64,000 bases of DNA from an uncultured Azospirillaceae bacterium (GTDB lineage Bacteria > Pseudomonadota > Alphaproteobacteria > Rickettsiales > UBA3002). The stretch covers positions 9,171-73,170 of the forward strand of contig CAZMBI010000007.1 of the NCBI GenBank assembly GCA_964564675.1, in the 5' to 3' direction. The notes below the pieces were generated by a model. It made no database searches. It was given only the letters and a program-made list of their open reading frames with translations, and was not told where the DNA came from. Positions 54,814 through 64,000 of the stretch are shown here, piece after piece (position 1 is the first letter of the stretch; each line of letters opens with the position of its first letter). A program made the position numbers and the translations under genes.

Positions 54814-55851
54814 ATGTTAACAAGCCGGCTGGGACATACCGACATTGAAGTGAGCCTCATCTGCCTGGGCACCATGACCTGGGGTGAGCAAAACAGCGAG
54901 GCGGACGCGCACGAACAGCTTGATTATGCCGTGGCCAACGGTGTCAACTTCATCGATCTGGCGGAGATGTATCCCGTGCCGCCACACGCAGAAACGCAGG
55001 GCCTGACCGAAACCTACACCGGTAACTGGCTGAAACATCAGGCGCGTGATAAGCTGGTGATCGCCACCAAGATAACCGGTCGCTCCCGGGGTTTTGATTA
55101 TCTCGGGCGCGGCGAGACACGGCTGAATAAGGCGCAAATCGGTCAGGCGCTTGATGCCAGCCTGAAACGGCTGCAAACGGATTACATCGATTTATATCAG
55201 CTGCACTGGCCCGAACGCAGCACAAATTTTTTCGGCCAGCTGGGCTATACCCATCGGCCGGAACAGGACGGCATCGCGCTGGAGGAAACCTTAAGCGCGC
55301 TACAGGATTTTATCAAAGAAGGAAAAATCCGCTATGTCGGCCTGTCCAATGAAACACCCTGGGGCATTATGCGCTGTATGCATCTGGCCGAAACCAAAGG
55401 CCTGCCGCGTATGGTCAGCGTGCAAAACCCTTATAACCTGCTGAACCGGACGTTTGAGATCGGCTCGGCCGAATGCGCCATTCGCGAGCAATGCGGGCTG
55501 CTTGCCTATTCGCCGCTGGGATTCGGCGTCTTATCCGGCAAATACCTCAACAACCAAAAACCGGAAGGCGCGCGGCTGACCCTGTTTGAACGATTCCAGC
55601 GCTATACCACGCTTAAGGCGCAGGAAGCCACCACGCGATATGTCGCACTGGCGCGAGAATATGGCATTGCTCCGGCGCAGATGGCGCTGGCCTACGTCAA
55701 TCAGCGGCCGTTTGTGACAAGCAATATCATCGGCGCCACCAAGATCCGTCAAATAAAGGAAAATATCGCCAGCGCCGAACTCCAGCTGTCGGATGAATTA
55801 CTCGCCGCCATTGAGCGTATCCATCAGGATATCCCAAACCCCTGTCCGTAA
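54814..55851 (+). CDS. NADP-dependent aldo/keto reductase (Tas-like)
   Basis: LGHTDIEVSLICLGTMTWG, FIDLAEMYP and YIDLYQLHWP motifs; 345 aa. Confidence 0.9.
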   Translation: MLTSRLGHTDIEVSLICLGTMTWGEQNSEADAHEQLDYAVANGVNFIDLAEMYPVPPHAETQGLTETYTGNWLKHQARDKLVIATKITGRSRGFDYLGRGETRLNKAQIGQALDASLKRLQTDYIDLYQLHWPERSTNFFGQLGYTHRPEQDGIALEETLSALQDFIKEGKIRYVGLSNETPWGIMRCMHLAETKGLPRMVSVQNPYNLLNRTFEIGSAECAIREQCGLLAYSPLGFGVLSGKYLNNQKPEGARLTLFERFQRYTTLKAQEATTRYVALAREYGIAPAQMALAYVNQRPFVTSNIIGATKIRQIKENIASAELQLSDELLAAIERIHQDIPNPCP

Positions 55852-55951
55852 TGATCGGCGTCGCCACCATAGCGGGGGACGACCATCCAGAATAATAATA
55901 AAAGCCATTTAAACCATAGGCAAATACCCCACGCTTCATTATACCTAAGGT

Positions 55952-56488
55952 ATGTCCGGACTGCTTATTCTGCTTGCCCATCCCCGTTTGCAGCATTCGC
56001 GCGTCAGCCGCGCCATGGCCGAAGCAGCCAAGACGGTCGATCGCGTGGTGGTGCACGACCTGTATGAGCTGTATCCCGATTGTCATATTTATGTGAAACG
56101 CGAGCAGGAACTGGCCGCCAGCGTCAATCACCTGGTGCTGCAATTTCCGCTGCAATGGTATAGCTGCCCTTCCCTGCTCAAAGAATGGCTGGATGTCGTG
56201 CTGGAATGGGGCTGGGCCTACGGCGAATCGGAAAAGGCGCTGGCCGGCAAAACTCTCACCTGCGCCATTACTATCGGCGGCTCAGCGAGGGGCTACCAGC
56301 CTGACGGGCCGCACCGCTATCCGCTGGAAGATTTTCTAAGACCCTTTGAACAAAGTGCCGAAATATGCGGTATGATTTATAAGCCGCCGTTCGTGTTTTA
56401 TCACTCGCGCAAGGCGGATGAGGATGCGGTACGCCGTCATGCGCAGGCGTATCAACACGTATTATCCGATCTGTTGGAAGGCACCTGA
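55952..56488 (+). CDS. kefF: KefF/KefG-like flavodoxin-fold NAD(P)H quinone oxidoreductase (K+ efflux ancillary protein)
   Basis: LLILLAHPRLQHSRVSRAM and LVLQFPLQWYSCPSLLKEWLD motifs. Its stop overlaps the start of kefC. Confidence 0.8.
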   Translation: MSGLLILLAHPRLQHSRVSRAMAEAAKTVDRVVVHDLYELYPDCHIYVKREQELAASVNHLVLQFPLQWYSCPSLLKEWLDVVLEWGWAYGESEKALAGKTLTCAITIGGSARGYQPDGPHRYPLEDFLRPFEQSAEICGMIYKPPFVFYHSRKADEDAVRRHAQAYQHVLSDLLEGT

Positions 56489-58350
56489 TGGACAGCGATA
56501 TCCTGTTCAGTACATTCGTATTTTTAGCGGCTACCTGCCTGGTGGTGCCGCTGGCGGATAGGCTGCGCCTGGGTTCGGTGCTTGGTTATTTAATCGCCGG
56601 CGTCGTGATCGGGCCCTTTGGCTTCGCGCTGATTCGTAACCCGCAAGAAATACTGCATTTTGCCGAATTCGGCGTGGTCATGATGCTGTTTATCATCGGC
56701 CTCGAGCTGGAACCGATGCGCCTGTGGCGTCTGCGGCGGGCGATTATCGGGCTGGGCGGCCTGCAGGTGCTAATCACCTCGGCTGCATTCACCGCACTGG
56801 GGCTGGCATTTGGCTATGACTGGCGGACCAGTCTTGCGGTAAGCATGGCGCTTTCACTGTCTTCCACGGCGCTGGTGCTACAAATGCTCGAGGAAAAAGG
56901 CCTGCGCCAGACTTCGGCGGGTCAGGCCGGGTTTTCGGTGCTGCTGTTTCAGGATATCGCCGTCATCCTGATTCTTATCATCATGCCGCTGCTGGCCACG
57001 GACTCCGCCACGGAGGCGATGCCGCACAACGGGGACTGGGTCTCCCACATGCCCGGCTGGGCGCATGCGCTGACCATTGCCGGCGTGGTCGGCGGCATTA
57101 TTCTTATCGGACGCTATCTGGCGCGCTATATCTTCCGCTTTATCGCCAACACCAACCTGCGCGAAGTGTTTACCGCCATTTCACTGGCGCTGGTGGTGGG
57201 TATCACCCTGCTGATGCAACAAGTCGGGGTTTCGCCGGCGCTTGGCGCATTCGTGGCGGGAGTGGTGCTTGCCAACTCCGAATACCGCCACACCATCATC
57301 ACCGATATCGAGCCGTTTAAAGGGTTGCTGCTGGGCCTGTTTTTTATCTCTATCGGTATGGGCATCGATTTCAACATGCTCAGCCAAGATACGGCACGCA
57401 TCGCAATTACCGTGTTTTTGATTATGGCCACCAAACTGACGATTTTATGTGTGCTCGGTAAACAGTTCGAGCTGAACGGCGGCCAGCATATTCTGTTTGC
57501 CATTGCGCTGGCTCAAGGCGGCGAATTTGCATTCGTCCTGTTTCAGTTCGCCGGCGTGCTTAATATCCTCTCGCCTGATCAGATGAGCTTTTTAACCTTA
57601 AGCGTGGTGCTTTCGATGGCGGCCACGCCGTTTTTGATGATTCTGGATGATCGCTTCGTCGTGCCCCGATTTATGAGCCGCCTGCCTGAGAAAAGCGAGC
57701 AGGCGGTCGAACCCGCCGACAATCCTGTGGTTATTGTCGGCTATGGGCGCTTTGGCCAGATTATCGGCCGCTTTATGAGCGCGCAGGGCATCAAGCTGAC
57801 GATACTGGAAAAAGACCCCGATCAGATCGAGTTGCTGCGGCGCTTCGGCTCAAAAGTCTATTTCGGTGACGCCAGCCGGTTCGAACTGCTGGAAAACGCC
57901 GGTGTCGGCAAAGCCAAACTATTGATTATCACCATTGATGATGCCGATAAAATACTTGATATTGTGCGTATCGCGCGTGAGCATTTCCCACAGGTGAAAA
58001 TTCTGGCACGCGCACGCAATCGCCGCCACGCCTATGAGTTATACAAGGCCGGGGTTGATTATTTCCGGCGGGAGACGTTTGATTCCGCATTGCTCGTCGG
58101 TCGCCATGCCATGGAGCTGTTGGGTCGGCGCGCCTATGATATGCGTTACAAAGCGATGGAATTCGCCCGCCATGATGAAGAAATCATGAGCAAATCATTC
58201 GGCTTTTTCGAACGCGAGCCGGAACTTATCAACTTTGCGCGGCAGGCGCATTCCGAGCTTGAGCATATTCTAGCCGACGATCAGCGCGCCGACGGCGGTT
58301 ATAAGGATGACGGCTGGGGCAGTGACGGCGAAGATCAGAAAAAAACGTGA
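56488..58350 (+). CDS. kefC: glutathione-regulated potassium-efflux system protein (KefB/KefC family)
   Basis: CPA2 antiporter membrane domain plus a KTN/RCK NAD-binding domain (VVIVGYGRFGQIIGRF); 620 aa. Confidence 0.9.
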   Translation: MDSDILFSTFVFLAATCLVVPLADRLRLGSVLGYLIAGVVIGPFGFALIRNPQEILHFAEFGVVMMLFIIGLELEPMRLWRLRRAIIGLGGLQVLITSAAFTALGLAFGYDWRTSLAVSMALSLSSTALVLQMLEEKGLRQTSAGQAGFSVLLFQDIAVILILIIMPLLATDSATEAMPHNGDWVSHMPGWAHALTIAGVVGGIILIGRYLARYIFRFIANTNLREVFTAISLALVVGITLLMQQVGVSPALGAFVAGVVLANSEYRHTIITDIEPFKGLLLGLFFISIGMGIDFNMLSQDTARIAITVFLIMATKLTILCVLGKQFELNGGQHILFAIALAQGGEFAFVLFQFAGVLNILSPDQMSFLTLSVVLSMAATPFLMILDDRFVVPRFMSRLPEKSEQAVEPADNPVVIVGYGRFGQIIGRFMSAQGIKLTILEKDPDQIELLRRFGSKVYFGDASRFELLENAGVGKAKLLIITIDDADKILDIVRIAREHFPQVKILARARNRRHAYELYKAGVDYFRRETFDSALLVGRHAMELLGRRAYDMRYKAMEFARHDEEIMSKSFGFFEREPELINFARQAHSELEHILADDQRADGGYKDDGWGSDGEDQKKT

Positions 58351-58363
58351 CCGGATGCACGCT

Positions 58364-59125
58364 TCATCCATCACCTTGTGACATAAGCTCGCTTACAAAT
58401 GCCGGCACGATCTGCGTTGCCGGGCCGTAGCGCTGCTCATGAAACGAGCCGGCACCCATTGAAGGCTCCAGATTCAGCTCCACCGTGTGCGCACCGAAAT
58501 GCCTGGCTTCGTCAACGAACCCGGCCGCCGGATAGACGTGACCGGACGTACCGATAGCGATAAACAGGTCGCAATCGCGCAGCGCGCGGTAGATCACCTC
58601 CATTTCAAGCGGCATTTCACCGAACCATACGATATGGGGCCGGAAACCGCACGCCGGATCCATATCCCCTTCCCAGTCAACCACTCGCCCGGTATTGAGG
58701 CACCGCCCCTTTTTCAACTCGCCATGCATGTGGATTAGGCAATCGTGGGCTTTATCGCGCCCCTCGCCAGGGGAAAGCGGGTTGGCGTACGGGACAGGTT
58801 TCGTATCGGCAGCACTCACCTGCCCGTATGCTCGCTCATGCAGATCGTCAACATTCTGGGTAACCAGCAGCACCTCGCCCGGCCATTGCATCGCCAGTTC
58901 GGCCAGCGCCAGATGCGCTGCATTGGGCTGCACTTCGGGGAGTTGCCGGCGGCGGGCATTATAAAACGCGTGCACTTGCTGCGGATCGGCGGCAAACGCC
59001 TCCAGTGTGGCCACTTCCTCCGGCCGGTGGCCGAACCACAATCCATCCGCCGTACGGAACGTGGGCACGCCCGATTCCGCCGAAATACCGGAACCGGTTA
59101 AAATCACGATTGATTCATAGGCCAT
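58364..59125 (-). CDS. cobB: NAD-dependent protein deacylase (Sir2/CobB family)
   Basis: [29 protein letters not shown] and IVWFGE motifs. Confidence 0.85.
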   Translation of the reverse strand: MAYESIVILTGSGISAESGVPTFRTADGLWFGHRPEEVATLEAFAADPQQVHAFYNARRRQLPEVQPNAAHLALAELAMQWPGEVLLVTQNVDDLHERAYGQVSAADTKPVPYANPLSPGEGRDKAHDCLIHMHGELKKGRCLNTGRVVDWEGDMDPACGFRPHIVWFGEMPLEMEVIYRALRDCDLFIAIGTSGHVYPAAGFVDEARHFGAHTVELNLEPSMGAGSFHEQRYGPATQIVPAFVSELMSQGDG

Positions 59126-59192
59126 ATTGATTGCATAGTTTTAGAGATTATCTAAGGTATCACACGTGTATTATGCAACAGAGGCAAAACCG

Positions 59193-60440
59193 ATGCACAT
59201 ACTGATTTTAGGTTCCGGCGCGCTTGGCGTGCTGTCTGCGTATTTTCTCGGCCGCGCCGGCCATAAGGTAACCGTTGTTGACCGCCAGCCCGAAGCCGCG
59301 CGCGAAACGTCGTTTGCCAATGGCGGGCAGCTTTCTTATTCACATGCTGAGCCATGGGCCAATCCGTATGTGTTTCCCAAACTGTTCAAATGGATGTGGA
59401 TGGATGATGCTCCGCTGGTGCTACGCTTTAGGGCCGATCCGCATATGATCGGCTGGGGGCTGCGTTTTTTGTGGAACTGCCGGAAATCGACCGCCGACCA
59501 AAACAGTCTGACCATGCTGCGCCTCGGCCTGCACAGCAAGCAGAAAATGCAGGAAGTGATGCAGGACACGCAGATTGATTTTGATCATATCGACAAAGGC
59601 ATTTTGCATGTGTTCAGTCACGAAAAGGAATTTGAGCACGCTCAGAAACAGGCGGAATTTCAACGACAGCACGGCTGCGATGAAAAAGTGCTGAATTGGC
59701 AGGAATGCCTGGCCATGGAGCCGGCACTGCAACATACCACCAAAACCATCTATGGCGGCATTCATGCACCGCTGGATGAAAGCGGCGATATCTGTGTATT
59801 CACGCAAAAACTGGCGGCGTATTGCCAACAGCACTTCGGCACCGAATTTAGCTACGATACGGAAATTCTCTCGCTTAATGATGAAAATACCGAAATCACC
59901 CATGTCTCCACCAACAAGGGTAATCTGCGCGCGGATGCCTATGTGATGGCGATGGGCTCATACAGCCCGGTATATCTGCGGCCGATCGGCGTTCCCGTAC
60001 CCATTTACCCGATGAAGGGCTACAGCGTCACCTTCCCGGCAAATGAACACACACCAACCCTCAGTGTAACCGACGATGCGCTGAAAATCGTCTATAGCCG
60101 GCTCGGTGATCGGATTCGGGTGGCGGGTACGGCAGAGTTTGCCGGCTATAACACCGATGTCCGGCAAAAGCGGATTGATCCGATTGTGCGCGGGATCAAA
60201 AGCCTGTTTCCCAACGCCGATCTCAGCGACCTATTTAAATGGGCGTGTCTACGGCCTTCCACACCCGACGGCCCGCCGATTATCGGTAAAACCAAATACC
60301 GCAACCTGTATCTCAATACCGGCCATGGCACGCTGGGGTGGACACAGGGTGCCGCCAGCGCTAGCCTGCTGGCTGATGTCATCAACAATAAACCCACCGA
60401 GATTGCCATGAATGGCCTGACCATTGAGCGCTACGCGTGA
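59193..60440 (+). CDS. dadA: D-amino acid dehydrogenase
   Basis: MHILILGSGALGVLSAYFLGRAGHKVTVVDRQ FAD-binding motif, with collinear similarity to DadA (ETSFANGGQLS, KWMW, LRFLWNC). Confidence 0.85.
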   Translation: MHILILGSGALGVLSAYFLGRAGHKVTVVDRQPEAARETSFANGGQLSYSHAEPWANPYVFPKLFKWMWMDDAPLVLRFRADPHMIGWGLRFLWNCRKSTADQNSLTMLRLGLHSKQKMQEVMQDTQIDFDHIDKGILHVFSHEKEFEHAQKQAEFQRQHGCDEKVLNWQECLAMEPALQHTTKTIYGGIHAPLDESGDICVFTQKLAAYCQQHFGTEFSYDTEILSLNDENTEITHVSTNKGNLRADAYVMAMGSYSPVYLRPIGVPVPIYPMKGYSVTFPANEHTPTLSVTDDALKIVYSRLGDRIRVAGTAEFAGYNTDVRQKRIDPIVRGIKSLFPNADLSDLFKWACLRPSTPDGPPIIGKTKYRNLYLNTGHGTLGWTQGAASASLLADVINNKPTEIAMNGLTIERYA

Positions 60441-61309
60441 GCTTGCAACCGCAACAGCACCATTTTCATGCGCCTAACCTCGAAGGGCCGGAGGACACGC
60501 ACCGCGTGGCCTGGCTGGAATGGGGCGATCCGAATAATCCCCGCACCATTGTCTGTGTCCATGGGCTGACGCGCAACGCCCACGATTTCGATTTTCTGGC
60601 GGCGGCGCTGGCGGCGGATTACCGTGTGATAGCGCCCGATATGCCCGGCCGCGGCGATAGCGATTATATGAGCAATACCGCCAATTACAGCTATGGCGCA
60701 TACATGGCGGATGCGCTGGCCTTGCTGGATTCGCTGGAACTGGAAACGGTCGATTGGATCGGCACCTCGATGGGCGGTATTCTCGGGATGATGATCGCCG
60801 CACTCCATCCGGAGCGTATCAGCCGGCTGGTGCTCAACGATATCGGGGCATTTATTCCCAAAGCCGGGCTGGAGCGGATTGTCGAGTATGTCGGGGCCAC
60901 GCCGGAGTCTTTCCCCACACGTGAAGCGGCGGAAGCGCGCTTGCGCGAGATTTTCACCGCCTTCGGCGTGCGCCATGAGGCGCATTGGCAGCACCTGTTC
61001 CGTTACTCAATCAAGCAAGATAACGGCACCTTTCACCTCAGCTTTGACCCGAATATCCTGGCGCCTTTTCAGGAAGCGGAAATCGACGATGTGGACTTAC
61101 ACGAATTATGGGACGCCGTTGCCGTGCCCACACTGATTCTGCGCGGCGCCAACTCAGATATTCTCACCCATGAAACAGCGCAATTAATGGTCCAAAATCG
61201 GACTGATGTTACACTCCACGCGTTTGCTGGCATCGGCCATGCGCCGACGCTGATGGAAGACGAGCAGATTCGCGTGGTGCGTGAGTGGCTGAACCGGCCT
61301 ACTGCATAA
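60437..61309 (+). CDS. alpha/beta-fold hydrolase
   Basis: HGLTRNAHDF and the nucleophile elbow GTSMGG, with a C-terminal GIGHAP catalytic His region. Confidence 0.8.
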   Translation: MSLQPQQHHFHAPNLEGPEDTHRVAWLEWGDPNNPRTIVCVHGLTRNAHDFDFLAAALAADYRVIAPDMPGRGDSDYMSNTANYSYGAYMADALALLDSLELETVDWIGTSMGGILGMMIAALHPERISRLVLNDIGAFIPKAGLERIVEYVGATPESFPTREAAEARLREIFTAFGVRHEAHWQHLFRYSIKQDNGTFHLSFDPNILAPFQEAEIDDVDLHELWDAVAVPTLILRGANSDILTHETAQLMVQNRTDVTLHAFAGIGHAPTLMEDEQIRVVREWLNRPTA

Positions 61310-61493
61310 CGCATGGACCGGCGCCGCTGCCGAGCTGGCCATAGACCTGAAGCAATACCAATGCAAGAAATGACAGGCTGATGCTGCGTTGCGCGCGCTC
61401 ATGCGTGCCATAGAGAAAATCGTTTACCTTGTGAGCGCTGGCTTTCAGGGTTTCAAGCGCATATTCAACGGGGGTGATAGATTTTGCATGCAT
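61299..61493 (-). CDS. possible small tail-anchored membrane protein (64 aa)
   Basis: A strong GGAGGAG ribosome-binding site lies 6 nt upstream of the ATG at 61493. It has a C-terminal hydrophobic segment ISLSFLALVLLQVYGQLG. I recognise no family. Confidence 0.3.
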   Translation of the reverse strand: MHAKSITPVEYALETLKASAHKVNDFLYGTHERAQRSISLSFLALVLLQVYGQLGSGAGPCVMQ

Positions 61494-61646
61494 GACAGAC
61501 TCCTCCAAAAACAATAATTAAGGCTAAACGTTAACATAAATTTACTAATATGACCAGAGCCAGATGCACCGCACCGCCATTTTATTTGTCTGGAAAACTG
61601 GACGCCGCACAGCCCCTTTGGTATGTTTATAAAAAGAGAGGCTCCC

Positions 61647-61886
61647 ATGAACGATATCAGCCGGCTTGGCATTAATCTGACACCGCCGCGGCTTGACGGC
61701 AAGCGCACGGACGATACCAAAAGACAGGAAGTCGAAGATAAATCAAAATATTACCCCAGCCGACGGGCGCGGGAAAACGTTATACCCGGCTCTGATGAAC
61801 TGGCCCGCCTGATCGATCGCGCGCTGAATGCGCTGTCGCAGGGCGTGTATTGGGACCGCGGCAGTATTGTCAACATCGTGCTGTAG
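61647..61886 (+). CDS. hypothetical small protein (79 aa)
   Basis: ORF with an AGAGAGG ribosome-binding site before the ATG at 61647. It ends 3 nt before the gcdH start. I recognise no family. Confidence 0.4.
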   Translation: MNDISRLGINLTPPRLDGKRTDDTKRQEVEDKSKYYPSRRARENVIPGSDELARLIDRALNALSQGVYWDRGSIVNIVL

Positions 61887-61889
61887 CCT

Positions 61890-63080
61890 ATGTCCTTTTC
61901 CTGGCACGATCCGCTCCATTTCGAATCACAACTTTCCGATGAAGAACGGATGATCTGGCATACCGCGCGCGATTTTGCGCAAGAAACCCTTTTGCCGGGC
62001 ATTATTGAAGCCAACCGCCACGAACGGTTCGATCCCCAGCTGATGGTGGAAATGGGCAAACTCGGGCTGCTCGGCGGCACTATTGAAGGCTATGGCTGCG
62101 CCGGGATCAACCATGTTGCCTATGGGCTGGTTAATCGCGCGGTGGAAGCCGTCGATAGCGGCTATCGTTCGGCGCTGTCGGTGCAATCGAGTCTGGTCAT
62201 GCACCCAATTGACCGCTTTGGCTCGGAAGCGTTGAAATCCGAATACGTGCCCCGGCTAGCCACGGCCGAGCTGATCGGCTGTTTCGGGCTGACCGAGCCC
62301 GATCACGGCTCGGATCCCGGCTCGATGAAAACACGTGCCGTCAAAGTGGACGGCGGCTATGAGCTGACCGGCTCGAAAACCTGGATTACCAATTCCCCGA
62401 TTGCACATCTGTGTGTGGTATGGGCGAAAGTATATGGCGATGAGGCGCTGGAAGACGGTACTATCAGCGGGTTTGTCGTCGAACGTGGCAAGGGGGTGGA
62501 AACTCCCAAGCTGGAAGGCAAGCTTTCCCTGCGCGCCTCCAGCACCGGGATGATCGTGCTCGATCAGGTGTTTGTGCCCGACTCGCACCGGCTGACCGTC
62601 ACCGGGCTTAAAGGTCCCTTCTCATGCCTAAACAAGGCGCGCTACGGTATCGGCTGGGGCACGATGGGCGCGGCGGAAACCTGCTATGGCATCGCTCGCG
62701 AATATGTGCTGGCGCGCGAACAGTTTGGCCGGCCGCTGGCCGCTAACCAGCTGATTCAGAAAAAACTCACCGATATGCTGACGTCCATTACGCTGGGTCT
62801 ACAGGCCTGCCTGCGGGTCGGCCGCCTGATCGATGCTGGCGAGTGGCAGCCGGAAATGATTTCGCTGATTAAGCGTAATTCCTGCGGCGTGGCGCTTGAT
62901 ATCGCCCGCACCGCGCGCGATATGCTAGGCGGCAACGGCATTTCCGACGAATACCACGTCATGCGCCATATGGTGAATCTGGAAGCCGTCAACACGTATG
63001 AAGGCACGCACGATATCCATGCCCTGATCCTCGGCCGTGCCATTACCGGCATCCAGGCGTTTATAGAACAGCCGACATAA
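61890..63080 (+). CDS. gcdH: glutaryl-CoA dehydrogenase (acyl-CoA dehydrogenase family)
   Basis: [21 protein letters not shown]-terminus, [14 protein letters not shown], and a C-terminal [18 protein letters not shown]. Confidence 0.9.
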   Translation: MSFSWHDPLHFESQLSDEERMIWHTARDFAQETLLPGIIEANRHERFDPQLMVEMGKLGLLGGTIEGYGCAGINHVAYGLVNRAVEAVDSGYRSALSVQSSLVMHPIDRFGSEALKSEYVPRLATAELIGCFGLTEPDHGSDPGSMKTRAVKVDGGYELTGSKTWITNSPIAHLCVVWAKVYGDEALEDGTISGFVVERGKGVETPKLEGKLSLRASSTGMIVLDQVFVPDSHRLTVTGLKGPFSCLNKARYGIGWGTMGAAETCYGIAREYVLAREQFGRPLAANQLIQKKLTDMLTSITLGLQACLRVGRLIDAGEWQPEMISLIKRNSCGVALDIARTARDMLGGNGISDEYHVMRHMVNLEAVNTYEGTHDIHALILGRAITGIQAFIEQPT

Positions 63081-63132
63081 TACTCATCTGCATAATACTC
63101 GAATTGTCAAAATTCTGTCATGATGATCCGCT

Positions 63133-63357
63133 ATGACAATGCTATTAACTCGCGAGAAAATGATGACCTCCAATCCCAACCTGTCCATCGAGCGCTTGCA
63201 GGAAATGCTTGAACGCGATTTTCAACCTGCGCCTGATCCCAAACATTGCACGCCACTGCCAAATAAACATTTCTCATCGCCTGATATCGAAGAAGATTTT
63301 TGTCCGATTCCCAATACTCCGAAAAAAACCAAGGATTCTAAAATTTTGTGCTGCTAA
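63133..63357 (+). CDS. possible small protein ending in a polybasic-CC tail
   Basis: 74-aa ORF (or 65 aa from the internal MM). The C-terminus is PKKTKDSKILCC. I recognise no family and have little evidence that it is coding. Confidence 0.3.
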   Translation: MTMLLTREKMMTSNPNLSIERLQEMLERDFQPAPDPKHCTPLPNKHFSSPDIEEDFCPIPNTPKKTKDSKILCC

Positions 63358-63413
63358 GGGCGGTGGGATGGGGTCATTTTACATCTGCAACAATTTCTGC
63401 CATAGTATCGAAC

Positions 63414-63665
63414 ATGCGTTATCTTTTTGTTATCACCATATTATTTTTCGCTTCCAGCTGCCTCTCTCCGGCCGAGCAGGCAAAGCGCGAGCAGATGCGG
63501 GCCCAAGCCGACCATGAAGAATGCCTGTCACTGGGATTCAAGCCGGATACGCCGGAATATGGCGACTGTCGACTACGCTTGAAAGAGATGCGCATCAATG
63601 CTAATCGACCCGTTTATTATCCCTATGTCGGGGTTGGTTATCATCACCGCTATCATCATTGGTAA
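63414..63665 (+). CDS. small lipoprotein
   Basis: MRYLFVITILFFASSC signal/lipobox-like N-terminus; 83 aa with a His/Tyr-rich C-terminus. Confidence 0.5.
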   Translation: MRYLFVITILFFASSCLSPAEQAKREQMRAQADHEECLSLGFKPDTPEYGDCRLRLKEMRINANRPVYYPYVGVGYHHRYHHW

Positions 63666-63668
63666 TTT

Positions 63669-64000
63669 GTGTTTCCGGATTTAGATAAAAACGAACTGGC
63701 GGGTCTGGCGTTGTTTTCGCTGCGCCTGGCCGATATGGCGCGCACCATCGGGCAGCATTTCTTCAGGGCACAGCTCGATATCTCCACTAAGGAAGATGAC
63801 AGCCCCGTTACTCAGGCCGATGAAACGATCGAGCAGGCACTGATTGCGCTGATCAGCGAACATTATCCACAGCACGGGATTTATGGCGAGGAAAGCGAGC
63901 GCATCAACGAAGACGCCGAATGGCAATGGGTAATCGACCCGATCGACGGCACCCGCGCCTTTATCGCCGGCCACCCTACCTTTGTCACGCTGATCGCGCT
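63669..64000 (+). CDS. inositol monophosphatase-family protein (HisN/SuhB-like), 3' end outside window
   Basis: Translating by hand from the GTG at 63669 gives ...TQADETIEQALIALISEHYPQHGIYGEESE...WVIDPIDGTRAFIAG, the IMPase metal-binding motifs. It is absent from the ORF track because it runs off the window. Confidence 0.8.
   Translation, partial: MFPDLDKNELAGLALFSLRLADMARTIGQHFFRAQLDISTKEDDSPVTQADETIEQALIALISEHYPQHGIYGEESERINEDAEWQWVIDPIDGTRAFIAGHPTFVTLIA

Noticed and set aside
58364-59125. Sir2-domain protein considered as an anti-phage defence component.
   Set aside because: Its length, motifs ([24 protein letters not shown]) and housekeeping neighbours fit a CobB-type protein deacylase. 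It has no fused or adjacent effector or sensor gene.
63681-63974. 97-aa minus-strand ORF at the window end.
   Set aside because: Hand translation of the plus strand gives the IMPase motif WVIDPIDGTRAFIAG. The real gene is on the plus strand and is truncated by the window edge.

Overview
The window looks like chromosomal DNA from an alphaproteobacterium. I infer this from gene content and synteny only: ALAS-type hemA, sdhCDAB, carD/cdnL, ccmC, hppA, DUF465 genes, tsaE-amgK-murU, cheY-cheZ, and Omp25-like barrels. About three quarters is ordinary, tightly packed housekeeping sequence covering heme, the TCA cycle, arginine, aromatic amino acid and histidine biosynthesis, chaperone, K+ efflux, and glutaryl-CoA and D-amino-acid catabolism. 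Several blocks of unrecognisable or eukaryote-interaction-like genes interrupt it, and they look more AT-rich by eye (I computed no GC values).

- **Block 1, the most interesting (31.8-39.9 kb).** It is wedged between aroC-hisI and murU-amgK-tsaE. A VirB8-like/VirB9-like pair has no other T4SS genes nearby. It faces an operon of three signal-peptide proteins (1214, 238 and 486 aa) that are rich in cysteine and poly-glycine and belong to no family I recognise. Two of them share a six-cysteine module flanked by glycine runs.
- **Block 2 (4.7-7.1 kb).** Two tandem paralogous Nudix-domain proteins carry a shared C-terminal domain of about 250 aa with no recognised family.
- **Block 3 (1.85-3.8 kb).** Two translationally coupled unknown proteins sit next to a structured intergenic element.
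- **Block 4 (43.5-49.5 kb).** A RepA/AAA_25-like ATPase converges on a co-directional set of two OMP barrels, a 671-aa unknown and a 185-aa unknown. This block ends next to tRNA-Leu(UAA).
- **Block 5 (51.8-54.7 kb).** A methyltransferase, sulfotransferase and glycosyltransferase form a small islet.

Other oddities are an M48 lipoprotein gene inserted between sdhA and sdhB, a secreted ankyrin-repeat protein, and a small ORF ending in a polybasic-CC tail. I saw no CRISPR array, transposase, integrase or rRNA. All functional calls rest on motif recognition by eye, and no database search was run.
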